64,000 nt of DNA from an uncultured Collinsella sp. GTDB lineage: Bacteria > Actinomycetota > Coriobacteriia > Coriobacteriales > Coriobacteriaceae. Below are positions 30,067-41,220 of this stretch, piece by piece. Position numbers and translations under genes: made by a program. The stretch's first letter is position 1. The number at the start of each line of letters is the position of its first letter. The DNA is taken from NCBI GenBank assembly GCA_905209455.1, contig CAJLTA010000004.1, forward strand, positions 33,006 through 97,005, in the 5' to 3' direction. The notes beneath the pieces are model-generated. The model was not told where the DNA came from. It saw nothing but the letters and a program-made list of their open reading frames with translations, and ran no database searches.

Positions 30067-31167
30067 CTACCTGATGGCTGCCGTAACGGTGCCGCCGCCG
30101 AGGACGATGTCGCCGCGGTAGACTACAACGGCTTGGCCGGGGGCGATGGCGCGCTGCGGGTCGTCAAAAGTTAGCAGCATTTGCCCGTCTTCGCCGCGCG
30201 CAAGGGTCGCTGCCTGGTCTTTCTGACGATAGCGGTACTTGGCACCTACGCGAATGCCACCGGACGTGAGCTCTGCCTTCATGCGGTCGGCAGGGGCACT
30301 CCAGATCCAGTCGTTGGCCGTGAGCGCTGTGGCCGTTAGGTCCTCGGCCTCGCCCAGATGCACGGTGCTGCTGTCGGCGTCGACGCCCGTTACGTACACG
30401 GGATGCGCCATCGCGACGCCCAGGCCCTTGCGCTGACCGATGGTGTAGCGCAGCGCACCGTTGTGGCGCCCGACCACGCTGCCGTCGCGCCACACAATGT
30501 CGCCCGGTGCAGCGGGATGTCCGCAGCGGCGCTCGATATAGCCCGCGTAGTCACCGTCTGGAATAAAGCAGATGTCCTCGCTTTCGGCCTTCTTGGCGTT
30601 GGTAAAGCCCTGCTCGGCGGCAATGCGGCGCACGTCGCGCTCTTTGTCCAGCCCAGCCAGCGGAAAGATCGTGTGCGCCAGGCGTTCCTGCGTAAGCGAA
30701 TACAAAAAGTAACTCTGGTCCTTTTTGGGGTCCTCGCCGCGGTACAGCTGCCAGGTTCCGTCGGACGCCTGGCTCGTTTTGGCGTAGTGGCCCGTGGCGA
30801 TGTAGTCGCAGCCCATATCCAGCGCCGCATCCAGCAATGCGCCAAACTTAATGTGGCGGTTGCAGATGATGCATGGGTTGGGCGTCAGCCCCTCCTGATA
30901 GGCGGTCACGAAGCGCTCGATAACGTTGCGGTCGAAGGCCTGCTGCAGGTCGAGCACATGGTGGGGCATCCCCAGGCACTCGGCGACAGCCTTTGCATCG
31001 GCGATGTCGCGGTCGACCTTACTCATGCCCGTGACGGGATCGGGCGCGGGGCAGGTGAGGCGCATGGTGGCGCCGACGCATTCGTAGCCCTGGCTTTTGA
31101 GCAGGTACGCGGTCACGCTAGAATCGACGCCGCCGCTCATGGCGACGAGCACGCGCTTGTTGTGCAT
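30067..31167 (-). CDS. mnmA: tRNA-specific 2-thiouridylase.
   Basis: VLVAMSGGVDSSV PP-loop, CNRHIKFG, and C-terminal conserved regions. Confidence 0.9.
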   Translation of the reverse strand: MHNKRVLVAMSGGVDSSVTAYLLKSQGYECVGATMRLTCPAPDPVTGMSKVDRDIADAKAVAECLGMPHHVLDLQQAFDRNVIERFVTAYQEGLTPNPCIICNRHIKFGALLDAALDMGCDYIATGHYAKTSQASDGTWQLYRGEDPKKDQSYFLYSLTQERLAHTIFPLAGLDKERDVRRIAAEQGFTNAKKAESEDICFIPDGDYAGYIERRCGHPAAPGDIVWRDGSVVGRHNGALRYTIGQRKGLGVAMAHPVYVTGVDADSSTVHLGEAEDLTATALTANDWIWSAPADRMKAELTSGGIRVGAKYRYRQKDQAATLARGEDGQMLLTFDDPQRAIAPGQAVVVYRGDIVLGGGTVTAAIR

Positions 31168-31348
31168 GGGGAGGTTCTCCTTGGTGGCATGTGGCCAAAA
31201 AAGAAAAGCGGCGCGGGAGGCTGGTTCCGCGCCGCAGACATTGTAGCAAGTTCGGACGTCTCGTGGGACACCCTAACGAGATGGGCTCAGGCAGCCAGAA
31301 GAGAGGATAGGCCGGCATGCCATGGGCCTATCGACAAGTGACGGGCCC

Positions 31349-32287
<939 letters not shown>

Positions 32288-32540
32288 GGTGAACCTCCAA
32301 AGTGTTCAAGTTGCTGGTTGCCGTGTGGTTTCACGGTGCGTGTAGCAGCTAAACCCATAAACCTTATAGGTTGTTCGTTTAGCTGTTGGGAAGCATACTA
32401 GACACTAAAGCCTAGTAATGCAATAGGAAATAGAAGATTATTACGAGCTGATTAACCATCTTGACCGGAACGGGTATTTTCAAAACCAATTTTTCGGCTA
32501 GAATTTCTACGGACTAAATGACCGAAAGGCAGCACTATAC

Positions 32541-32969
32541 ATGTTGGTTTCTACAAAGGGCAGATATGCCCTGCGCGTTATGGTCGATCTGGCCGAGCAC
32601 CAGGCGGCCGGTCGCATCCCGCTCAAAGAGATCGCGGCGCGACAGGGGATTTCCGAGAAATATCTCGAGAACATCTTGGCTACGCTCGTGCGCGCCAACA
32701 TGCTTTCGGGCATGCGCGGCAAGGGCGGCGGCTACGTGCTCACGCGCCCGCCCGAGCAGTACACGGTGGGCGAGATCCTGCGCCTGACCGAGGGCAGTCT
32801 GGCACCGGTTGCATGCCTGGATGGCGACTGCAAGGGCTGCTCACGCTCGGATGAGTGCCCCACGCTCGACGTGTGGAAGAACCTGGACAAGCTCATCAAC
32901 GACTACCTCGACGGTGTGACACTCGATCAACTTGTCGCTCCCAACCATGGCTACGACTACGTCATCTAG
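32541..32969 (+). CDS. Rrf2-family transcriptional regulator (CymR/IscR-like), divergent from cysK.
   Basis: MLVSTKGRYALRVMVDLA Rrf2 winged helix. Three-Cys cluster CLDGDCKGCSRSDEC. Confidence 0.8.
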   Translation: MLVSTKGRYALRVMVDLAEHQAAGRIPLKEIAARQGISEKYLENILATLVRANMLSGMRGKGGGYVLTRPPEQYTVGEILRLTEGSLAPVACLDGDCKGCSRSDECPTLDVWKNLDKLINDYLDGVTLDQLVAPNHGYDYVI

Positions 32970-33097
32970 CCGCACCTGCCATTTGGGGACGGGGTGGAAA
33001 TGGTCGATTTTCTTGCCCTCTGAGGCTTGGCGGCCGCCCATCGTTGCGATGGACGGCCTTCGTTTTGGCATGTTGTGGCGGTCCGTATCCGGTCGCA

Positions 33098-33463
33098 CTA
33101 GTTCCTGGCGATGCTGTCGAGAATGCTGCGCATAATGGATACCACGATGCTGCCCATAAAGGCCGATCCAAAGCTGACAATGGAGATACCCGCGCCCAGC
33201 AGATTGACCGACAGGTAGCTGGCCAGCTCGAGCATAAAGCTGTTGACTACGAGCTGAAAAATACCAAGCGTGATAATAGTGAGCGGCAGCGAGATGACCG
33301 TCAGGAACGGCTTGACGAGCGAGTCGACGATGTTGAGGAACAGTCCCACGAAGGCAAAGCAGACCCAGGCGTCGGCCATGCCGAAGGGCTGAATGCCGGG
33401 GACGAGAAACGTTGCGATCGCGATGGCGATTGAGGTCAAAAGCCAGTTGAGCAAAAAGCGCAT
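33098..33463 (-). CDS. Small 4-TM membrane protein, phage-holin-4-like (DUF360/YvlD family).
   Basis: 121 aa, four predicted TM helices. The pattern fits the YvlD family. The assignment is moderate. Confidence 0.55.
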   Translation of the reverse strand: MRFLLNWLLTSIAIAIATFLVPGIQPFGMADAWVCFAFVGLFLNIVDSLVKPFLTVISLPLTIITLGIFQLVVNSFMLELASYLSVNLLGAGISIVSFGSAFMGSIVVSIMRSILDSIARN

Positions 33464-33786
33464 GGTGGGAATCCTTTCTTGCGCATGGCGTGGTGAGGGG
33501 GCGTGAGGGGCACATACCTTTGCAACTCGGATGGATGCGCGGGCTCGGCCCTGTTCGGCCGCCCATTGTCTCAGATATTCGTGGAGCTTGCGTGCGCATT
33601 CGGTTTCAAAACGGCGTTCGTCCTAGAAAATGTGCCGCTGGCAGAGAGTCTTGTCGCTTTAGTTTGGTGGTGTGCTAAACTGCTACGGGCAAAAGCCACA
33701 GGCGTTGCCCTATTGCATAGAACGGGCGAACGATGCCCGATGTCAGTATCAACTTCGATGCCTTTTGGCGGGTTTGGCGGTGATCG

Positions 33787-34086
33787 ATGAATATCGAGAA
33801 CATGTTTGACAAGCCTGATGTCAAGCAGCTGGTCCACGCATTTAGCCTTTTGGACGACGAGAAAGATATCCAAGCGTTTTTGACCGATATCTGCACGCCG
33901 CGTGAGATTTGCGATCTATCGCAGCGTCTGCAGGTCGCGCGTTACCTGGACGAGGGTGAGCCCTATGTCGAGGTTCAGGCGCGTACCGGCGCTTCGTCCA
34001 CCACGGTGAGCCGTGTATCCAAGGCGCTCAACGGCGAGTACGGTGGCTACCGCAAGATCCTCATTAAACTGGAGGATGGCGAGTAG
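33787..34086 (+). CDS. yerC: YerC/YecD-family TrpR-like DNA-binding protein.
   Basis: DICTPREICDLSQRLQVARYL...TGASSTTVSRVSKAL matches the YerC family. Confidence 0.8.
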   Translation: MNIENMFDKPDVKQLVHAFSLLDDEKDIQAFLTDICTPREICDLSQRLQVARYLDEGEPYVEVQARTGASSTTVSRVSKALNGEYGGYRKILIKLEDGE

Positions 34087-34241
34087 GCCGCGCCAAAAAC
34101 GAATTGTGCAAAACCGCTCCTCCGGGGGCGGTTTTTTGATCCCCTGGGGACGGAGGAAATCTGTTGGCGTGGGGCAAATCTGTCCGCTTGGGCGGGTAGG
34201 ATGGATGCATTGATTATTGCGAACAGTTTGAGCGGAGGACC

Positions 34242-37200
34242 ATGCCTGTTCGAATCTATACCACCAATGCCGGCACGGATTTGAGTGATGCCGAGTCGGC
34301 ATTGCTTGCCGACCTTATTGCCCGCCATGGGCGTGCCGTGCTGCTGGCACCTACGTTTGCCGAGCTCGACCTGTGCCGTCATGATGCGGCGGAAGCCGGC
34401 GTTTCGCTGGGTATCGACTACAAGACGCCTACATCGTGGCTTCGCTCGATTTGGGAGCTTTTGGGCGACGGGCGCGGTTTCGTCGACAACCTGCAGCGCC
34501 AGATGCTGTTTTCGGACATGGTCACGCGTCTCGACGATGCCGACCTGCAGCCGCTTTCGCGCAGCCAGGGCACGGTGCGCATGCTTGCGCGCATGGCCCG
34601 CGATGTGCTGCCGGGTGTGGCGGGGACGACGGCCGAGCGATGCGGTGGCAACAATTGCCAGCCTGAGCCAAAAAGCGATGCCGAGGCTCGTGTGTTCGAG
34701 CTTTTGCGTGCCTACGCGGACGGCTTGGACCGTCGAGATATGGTCGAGCCCTGCGAGGCGGCCGACATTATGGCCGGCACCCTGGCCGATAGCCTGCCGG
34801 CGTGCACCCGCGCCGTATGCGTGCGCGGTATCACGTCGTTTACGCACGGTCTGCTCGAGCTGCTGTCTGCCGTGGCGAACAATGGGGGAGAGGTCGTCGT
34901 GCTGCTTGCTCGCGAGCAGGCGGCGATGCGCGAGGAGCTTGCCGCGGCATTTGATGCCCGCGGTGTGCTGTTTGAGGTCGGGCCGCTGGGGGAGGACGCC
35001 GTCGCGTCTGAGGCCGCTTGCGGGAGCGCCACTCAGCCTGCCTTTATTGAGGTCGCCGGCCCCCATGCCCGTGCTCATGTCTATGCGGACGCCATCGATA
35101 AGTTGGTGAAAACGCACAAGGAGTCCAAGGCCGATAAAGCTGCTGCAACGCCCGCCGACCCTGTGCGCGTGCTCGTTGTTTCTGCCCGGGCACCCCAGCT
35201 GTTCGGTGAGCTCGCCTCTCGTCTGGCGGCTCGTCATATCGCCGCCGAGACGGCTGAGTTCACGGCGTTTTCCCAATCCATTGCGGGCAGGCAGTTTGCG
35301 GCGCTTGCCGGTCTGATCGAGCGCATGAAGGCCGCCGATGAGGGTGCGGCGTCAAAGACCGAGTGGTGGCCCGCGCCGGAGCTTACCGACTGGATCTACA
35401 GTCCGCTTTCGGGCGCTGATGCCGTCAATGCCCGTACCTTCGATAAGAATATGCGTCTCTCGCGCAGCAAGACTACCGCGGGCGTTAAGAGCCTGCTGCA
35501 GAGTGTCCAAGGCCAGGTGAGGGGCGCGCGCAAGGCGGCGAGCGACGAGAACTGGTTTAAGAACGTGCCGTGTGTGGTCTCGGACGTGTTCCAGGCGCTG
35601 TGGCGTGACAAGCCCGTGACGGCGCTCAAGGCCATGCTTGCCGTTGCCGAGGCGTTGCCCGATCGCTCGCTGGGCAGCTTGGATGGCCAGGCCCGTCGCC
35701 AGGCGGAGGTGGCCCTGCTGCGCCACGTCATCGACATCCTTATGAATGGTGCCCGCGCGCTCGACGTGTCGCAGGCTGCGACCGTGCCCGTGCTCGATGG
35801 CGTTCGCACCAAGGTGGACAAGCGTAGCACCGCCTACGATTACGAGACCTACGAGGTTGACCGTGCGCCACGTGCTCAGGTTCGTTTTGCTTCGCTTGCC
35901 GATGCGGCGGCTCTGCGCCCCGGCAGCTACGATGCCGTGCTGTTTGCCGATGTCGATCTGGACAGCTATCCGCTCTCACATGAGGAGGGTCCGCTGGCCA
36001 CGCTGACGGCGAGCCTTGGTCGCGAGGGCGTGACGCTTGAGCCCGCGGCCTTGCTGCGCGTGCGCTTTGGCCACGCGATGCAGGCGGCACGCGGCCCGGT
36101 TGCGCTTGCGCGCGTGACGCACGATCGCCAGGCGCGCGAGTGCTATCCGGCTGCCGTGTGGACCGAGTTGCGGGCGCATGCCGAGGCCGCTGAAGCTGCT
36201 GAGGCCGCAGACGCCGACAAGGCAGCTGACGACGCTAAGGCCACTGACGACAAGGCTGCTGGCGCCGACAAGGCGAAGTGCGTGGGTGAGGGCGATATCG
36301 TAAGGGACTTCGATCCCGCGGCAGGCGAAGGTCTCAAGCGCGAGCGCGTGACCTGTGAAGCCCCACAGCATCTGAGTGCCGAGGCCGTGCCGTATTTGGT
36401 CCTGCGCCGTCGCGATGGCGAGGGCGAGGACGCGCCGCTCGTGCCGCGCCTGACGTCCGCCTCACAGATCGAGGCCTATTCCACCTGCCCGCTGTGCTGG
36501 TTCGTGTCGTATCGCGTCAAGCCCCAGTCCATCGATGCGGGCTTTGGCAACATGGAGAAGGGTAACTTCGTCCACGACGTGCTGGAACACCTGCATGCCC
36601 GTCTGCCCCAAGAGGGTATGGAGCGTGTGACGCCTGAGAACCTGCCGCGTGTACGGGGGCAGCTGCGCGAGGTCTTTGCCGAGACCTTGGCCGAGCATGC
36701 GGGCAAGCGCGGTACCGAGGGCCCGCTGGTGCCGCTCTCTCCAGTGGAGGAGCGTCAGGTGGCCGAGATCTTGCCGCAGTTGGAAGGCGTGCTCGCCTAC
36801 GAGTCCGAGGCGCTCGCGCCCTTCGCGCCGCGCTATCTGGAGTTTGCGTTCAACGAGCTCCAGGTCGAGTATGCCGGTTGGCCGCTCGGTGGGCGCATCG
36901 ACCGCGTGGACGTGGACGCCGAGAATCGCGCCGTGGTGATCGACTACAAGCATCGTTCGGGTGTCGAGGAGTTTAAACTCGCCGACCCCACGGTGCGCGA
37001 CGAGGAGTCGGGCGAGGCCCCCATCGACGACCCGCGCTGGCTGCCGCCCCATACCCAGACACTCATCTACGCGCAGGCCATGCGTCGGGCGCTGGGCCTA
37101 GATACCCGGGCAGCGCTCTACTTTTCCACCAAGGGCGGCAAGCCCGCGCTGCGTGGCGCCGCAAGTGCCGAGCTGCTCGAGGAAGAGCGCGGCGACGGTC

Positions 37201-37409
37201 GCATCCCGGGCCTTAAGAAGGGCTTTCCGGGCGAGGGCGGCAGCATGGACTTCGATGCGCTGCTCGACCGCGTGGAGGCCGGCATCGCCGAGCGCCTGCG
37301 CGAGCTCGAGGCGGGCGACGTCGCCGCTGTCGATCCGACGTCGGCGCAGGCCGCGCATGCGCGCTGCTCGTATAACCACGAAGGAACGTTTGTAAGGAGG
37401 GACGTGTAG
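34242..37409 (+). CDS. addB: Helicase-nuclease complex subunit B-like (AddB/RexB-type, with a C-terminal PD-(D/E)xK nuclease).
   Basis: C-terminal nuclease motifs (SQIEAYSTCPLCWF, GRIDRVD, VIDYKH). Gene order B then A, as in addBA. The N-terminal ATPase motifs are degenerate. Confidence 0.65.
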   Translation: MPVRIYTTNAGTDLSDAESALLADLIARHGRAVLLAPTFAELDLCRHDAAEAGVSLGIDYKTPTSWLRSIWELLGDGRGFVDNLQRQMLFSDMVTRLDDADLQPLSRSQGTVRMLARMARDVLPGVAGTTAERCGGNNCQPEPKSDAEARVFELLRAYADGLDRRDMVEPCEAADIMAGTLADSLPACTRAVCVRGITSFTHGLLELLSAVANNGGEVVVLLAREQAAMREELAAAFDARGVLFEVGPLGEDAVASEAACGSATQPAFIEVAGPHARAHVYADAIDKLVKTHKESKADKAAATPADPVRVLVVSARAPQLFGELASRLAARHIAAETAEFTAFSQSIAGRQFAALAGLIERMKAADEGAASKTEWWPAPELTDWIYSPLSGADAVNARTFDKNMRLSRSKTTAGVKSLLQSVQGQVRGARKAASDENWFKNVPCVVSDVFQALWRDKPVTALKAMLAVAEALPDRSLGSLDGQARRQAEVALLRHVIDILMNGARALDVSQAATVPVLDGVRTKVDKRSTAYDYETYEVDRAPRAQVRFASLADAAALRPGSYDAVLFADVDLDSYPLSHEEGPLATLTASLGREGVTLEPAALLRVRFGHAMQAARGPVALARVTHDRQARECYPAAVWTELRAHAEAAEAAEAADADKAADDAKATDDKAAGADKAKCVGEGDIVRDFDPAAGEGLKRERVTCEAPQHLSAEAVPYLVLRRRDGEGEDAPLVPRLTSASQIEAYSTCPLCWFVSYRVKPQSIDAGFGNMEKGNFVHDVLEHLHARLPQEGMERVTPENLPRVRGQLREVFAETLAEHAGKRGTEGPLVPLSPVEERQVAEILPQLEGVLAYESEALAPFAPRYLEFAFNELQVEYAGWPLGGRIDRVDVDAENRAVVIDYKHRSGVEEFKLADPTVRDEESGEAPIDDPRWLPPHTQTLIYAQAMRRALGLDTRAALYFSTKGGKPALRGAASAELLEEERGDGRIPGLKKGFPGEGGSMDFDALLDRVEAGIAERLRELEAGDVAAVDPTSAQAAHARCSYNHEGTFVRRDV

Positions 37410-37412
37410 ACC

Positions 37413-40400
37413 ATGGATCTTTCGACCTTGATGCCGCAACAGCTGCAGATCGTCAAGACGCTCGACCGTCCGCTGTTTGTCTCGGCGGGCGCCGGTTCGG
37501 GCAAGACCTTTACCCTCACGCGTCGCATCGTCTACGCGCTCTCGCCCGAATCCGGTCCGTTCGTCGAGCATCTGGACCAGGTGCTCGCCATCACCTTTAC
37601 CAAGGATGCTGCGGCCGAGATTCGCGACCGCGTGCGCCGTGCGCTTATCGACGAGGGGATGGACGAGGAGGCCCTGACGGTCGACGACGCGTGGATCTCG
37701 ACCATCCACGGCATGTGCTCGCGTATCCTGCGTGCGCACGCGCTGGAGCTGGGCATCGACCCCGAGTTCACGGTGCTCACCGATACCGATGAGCTTATGG
37801 ACCAGGCTGTTGAGCATGTGTTGGGGCGCGCGACGGCACCCGATGCCGCGCCTGAGCTCGCCGCTTCGCTTAAGGCCCTCTACGCCTGGTATCCCATGGC
37901 GGGCGAGGGCGGGTCGTTTGGCGCCGGTACCACCATCAAAGGCCTGGTGCGCGACCTGCTGGAGCTCTCGAGCCAGCTTCCGGGCGGCATGGACGATGTG
38001 CGCGTTGCGCGTGGCCAGGCCGACACCTCGGCGCTTGCCGATGCCTATCGTGCGGCGCTGGGCGCAAGCAAGGCCACGACCGAGAAAGCGCAGGTGGCAC
38101 TCGACGCCATCGACGCGTTTGAGGCGAGCGGCAAAACCATGGAGGATGCGGCGCGACTCATGATGTCGTGCAGCATGCCTCGGGCGAGCAAGGCGTTTCC
38201 TAAGGAGCAGGTGGAGCTACTCAAGGCCGAGGCCGCCGATGCGTTTATCAATATCGTGCTTGCCTGCGGCGGCCCGGCGCTCGATGCGCTGGTGGGGCTT
38301 GCCCGTGCCGTAGAGGCGGAGTACCGTGCGCTTAAGGCCGACCAGTCCGCGCTCGATAACAATGACCTGCTGCGCATGGCGTACGAGGCGCTGCGCGACT
38401 ACCCGGCTATTCGAGCTGCCTATGAGGGCCGCTTTAAGATGGTCATGATCGATGAGTTCCAGGATACCGACCAGATGCAGGTCGATTTGATCCGTTACCT
38501 GACGGGCGCGGGGGAGCGCGCGCTGTGCACCGTAGGCGATGCGCAGCAGTCGATCTACCGCTTCCGTGGCGCCGAGGTCGAGGTATTCCGTCGCCAGGAG
38601 CGCAAGGTGGGTTCGACGACGGCGTCCGAGACGGTCGCCACGTCCGATGCCCCCACCGGCGAGCTCGTCAAGCTTGTACGCAACTTCCGCAGTCACGACG
38701 AGGTGTTGCGCTACGTGGCACGCGTCTTTGACGGCGACACCGGTGGTTTGATGCAGGGATTCTTGGATCTTGAGCCGAGTGACAAACGCAAGGACAAGCT
38801 CAAGGCAAAGGCTTCGCGCCGCCAGGCGCTGTTCGTTGCCGGCGGCAGCACGCAGGAGCGAACGCAGGCGAAAGCTCGCGCGATTGCCGAGCGGTTCCAA
38901 GCGCTCGTCAAAGCGGGGCAGCCCCAGGGCGATATGGTGTTGCTGCTGGGTCGCATGACCAACGCCGATGTCTATGCGCAAGCTTTCCGTGACCAAGGGC
39001 TCGACTGTGTGATCGCAGGCGGCTCGGTCTTTGCCCAGGCAGCCGAGGTGCAGACGGTGCGTGCCCTGGTCTGCGCGCTCGCCAATCCGGCTGATACGGC
39101 CCAAGGCCTTATGCCGTTGCTGGCCTCGCCGATGTTTGCACTCGGCGCCCAGGAGTTCCTGGCGCTGGCGACCAAGCTCGACGAGCAGACGGGAGAGACG
39201 TCGCGCCGCAATATCGATGTGGGCATCATGAGCGATTCCGATGTGCCGGGTTTGCAGAACCTGCCGCTCGTGACGCGTGCCCGCGAGGTGCTGCGCTACG
39301 CGCTTCGTCGCGTGGGACGCGACTCGTTCGCCGCCATCGCGCGCGACGTGGTCAACGCCTCCGGCTGGTTCGTGCGTCTGGCGCAGCGCGGCCCCGAGGG
39401 CAAGGCCATTGCCGCCAACGTGCTCAAGGCGCTCGACGCCGTGGCCGAGGCAGAGGCCGAGTTCGGCAACTCGCCGCGCTCCATTGCGCTCGCCTTCGAC
39501 CGCTTCTTGGCGGGCAAGGAGGCCCCGGGCGCGCTCAACGAGGAGGGTGACGGCGCGGTACGCATCATGACCGTGCATGCGTCCAAGGGTCTGGAGTATC
39601 CGGTCGTAGCGGTTGCCGAGTGTTTTGGCGTGCGCAAATCGTCCGGTGCGGCACAAATGGGTCGCGTCGACGGTGGGGCGCAAGTCGTGGCGCTGCCGGC
39701 TCGTTTCGATGGCGTTAAGCTTGCCGACGGGACCTTCGTGAAGGGCGATGACGTCAAAAAGCAGTTTGAACACGCGTTTAAGGGCAAAGGCACGTCGCTG
39801 TGGCTGCCGCCGGAGCTCATGGAGGACGTTTGTGCGACGGGTTCTCCCGCCGAGGCATTTGCTCGCCTGCGCAACGACGACCTGCAGCTCTCGCTCGAGG
39901 AGCGGGCCCGCCTGCTCTATGTCGCCATGACGCGAGCACGCGAGCTGGTCATTCTGGCGATGGATGCCGGTGTGAGCCGTGGCAAGGTGACGGCGCCGAC
40001 CTTCGATGTCGAGACGGATCTGACCTACGACGTGCTGCGCCGTATTTTGCCGACCGACGCTCTGGACACGCCGCAGCTCGATAGCGACCGCCTGGTGTTC
40101 GACAACTCCCAGCCGGGCGACTACGAGCTCATTTCGCTCACGGACTTTACCTTTGGCGAGCAGGCGTTTGAGGCAAACGCTTCGCTGGATGCCGAGGGCA
40201 GGCTTGTCCGCGGCGATGCGGAGCCGGAGGGTGCCGGTGCAGATGTCCGCGCCGCCGTTCCCGGTCCTGCCGACCCCGAGCCCGATGCGTTTGAGCTCGT
40301 GTATCCCCAGGCGGTGGGCGTGCGCATGGGCATCTGTCCGTTTCCGGTGCGTGACTCGTATAGCTACTCGTCAATCGCTGCGGCGCTCCATGCCGAGACA

Positions 40401-41045
40401 GAAGACCGTGCCGCCGAGGCGCGTGTGCCCATGGACGAGTCTGGCGATGATGCAGAGCCGGATGGCTCGGAGATGGCCGATGCGGACGTGGCCGTCGTTG
40501 AGCCCGCCGGCAACCCCATGGCGCTGGGCTCGGCGTTCCACGCCGCCTGCCAGTGGCTCATCGAGATGGGTGCCGACGCGTTGCCCGCTGCGCGCGCCGA
40601 TGCGCTGGCGCGTCTGTGGCGCCTGACGCCGGAGCAGCGCGAACGCTTCGACGTTGCCCTGAACCGCTGGCTCAAGTCGGCTGTTCGTGCCGACCTGCTC
40701 GCGTGGCCGTGCATTCGCGCCGAGGTGCCGTTCTTTTCGCTGGGCTGCGAGGACGAGGACATCGCTCGCTACGGTGCATATGCCGAAGGCGCCATCGATG
40801 CACTGGCGACGAACCCGGCGGATTCGTCACGCGCGCTGGTCATCGACTACAAGACGGGCGGCACACCGGACGAGACACCGGAACAGCTGCAGGAGAAGCA
40901 CGCCCTGCAGGCGCGCGTCTACGCTGATGTTCTACACAAGGCGGGCTTTGAGGCCGTGACCGTCAAGTTCGTCCGCGTGGAGCAGGCCGATCCGACTCTC
41001 TTCGTCAATCCCGCCGAGCCCCAAGTAGTCACCTACAATCTCTAG
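37413..41045 (+). CDS. addA: UvrD-type helicase-nuclease subunit A (AddA/RexA-like).
   Basis: SAGAGSGKTFTL Walker A. UvrD motifs: DEFQDTD, and VGDAQQSIYRFRGAE. C-terminal nuclease domain: VIDYKTGG. Confidence 0.8.
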   Translation: MDLSTLMPQQLQIVKTLDRPLFVSAGAGSGKTFTLTRRIVYALSPESGPFVEHLDQVLAITFTKDAAAEIRDRVRRALIDEGMDEEALTVDDAWISTIHGMCSRILRAHALELGIDPEFTVLTDTDELMDQAVEHVLGRATAPDAAPELAASLKALYAWYPMAGEGGSFGAGTTIKGLVRDLLELSSQLPGGMDDVRVARGQADTSALADAYRAALGASKATTEKAQVALDAIDAFEASGKTMEDAARLMMSCSMPRASKAFPKEQVELLKAEAADAFINIVLACGGPALDALVGLARAVEAEYRALKADQSALDNNDLLRMAYEALRDYPAIRAAYEGRFKMVMIDEFQDTDQMQVDLIRYLTGAGERALCTVGDAQQSIYRFRGAEVEVFRRQERKVGSTTASETVATSDAPTGELVKLVRNFRSHDEVLRYVARVFDGDTGGLMQGFLDLEPSDKRKDKLKAKASRRQALFVAGGSTQERTQAKARAIAERFQALVKAGQPQGDMVLLLGRMTNADVYAQAFRDQGLDCVIAGGSVFAQAAEVQTVRALVCALANPADTAQGLMPLLASPMFALGAQEFLALATKLDEQTGETSRRNIDVGIMSDSDVPGLQNLPLVTRAREVLRYALRRVGRDSFAAIARDVVNASGWFVRLAQRGPEGKAIAANVLKALDAVAEAEAEFGNSPRSIALAFDRFLAGKEAPGALNEEGDGAVRIMTVHASKGLEYPVVAVAECFGVRKSSGAAQMGRVDGGAQVVALPARFDGVKLADGTFVKGDDVKKQFEHAFKGKGTSLWLPPELMEDVCATGSPAEAFARLRNDDLQLSLEERARLLYVAMTRARELVILAMDAGVSRGKVTAPTFDVETDLTYDVLRRILPTDALDTPQLDSDRLVFDNSQPGDYELISLTDFTFGEQAFEANASLDAEGRLVRGDAEPEGAGADVRAAVPGPADPEPDAFELVYPQAVGVRMGICPFPVRDSYSYSSIAAALHAETEDRAAEARVPMDESGDDAEPDGSEMADADVAVVEPAGNPMALGSAFHAACQWLIEMGADALPAARADALARLWRLTPEQRERFDVALNRWLKSAVRADLLAWPCIRAEVPFFSLGCEDEDIARYGAYAEGAIDALATNPADSSRALVIDYKTGGTPDETPEQLQEKHALQARVYADVLHKAGFEAVTVKFVRVEQADPTLFVNPAEPQVVTYNL

Positions 41046-41220
41046 CCCTCAGATAACTTGCGGTGGAATACGGACTGTTTTGGCCAAAAAGCCGCCAAAC
41101 AGTCCGCATTTCACCGCAACTGCAAGAGGAGCCGTGTTGGTTTGGCTAGGTTCGGGTGCCGTCCGCGCCGTGCGGTAAAATCGTTCAGTCAGAACACGAA
41201 CCCGCATCGGAGCTCATCAC

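Noticed and set aside
32288-32540. Looked for a cysteine T-box leader upstream of cysK
   Set aside because: No T-box consensus (GGGTGG..ACCGCG) is present on the relevant strand.
32841-33599. 252-aa minus ORF overlapping the Rrf2 regulator and the holin-like gene
   Set aside because: Arg/Pro-rich with no motifs. It overlaps two well-supported genes in other frames.
41080-41130. Hairpin ggactgtttt...aaacagtcc after addA
   Set aside because: No T-run follows. It is weak as a terminator and may be incidental.
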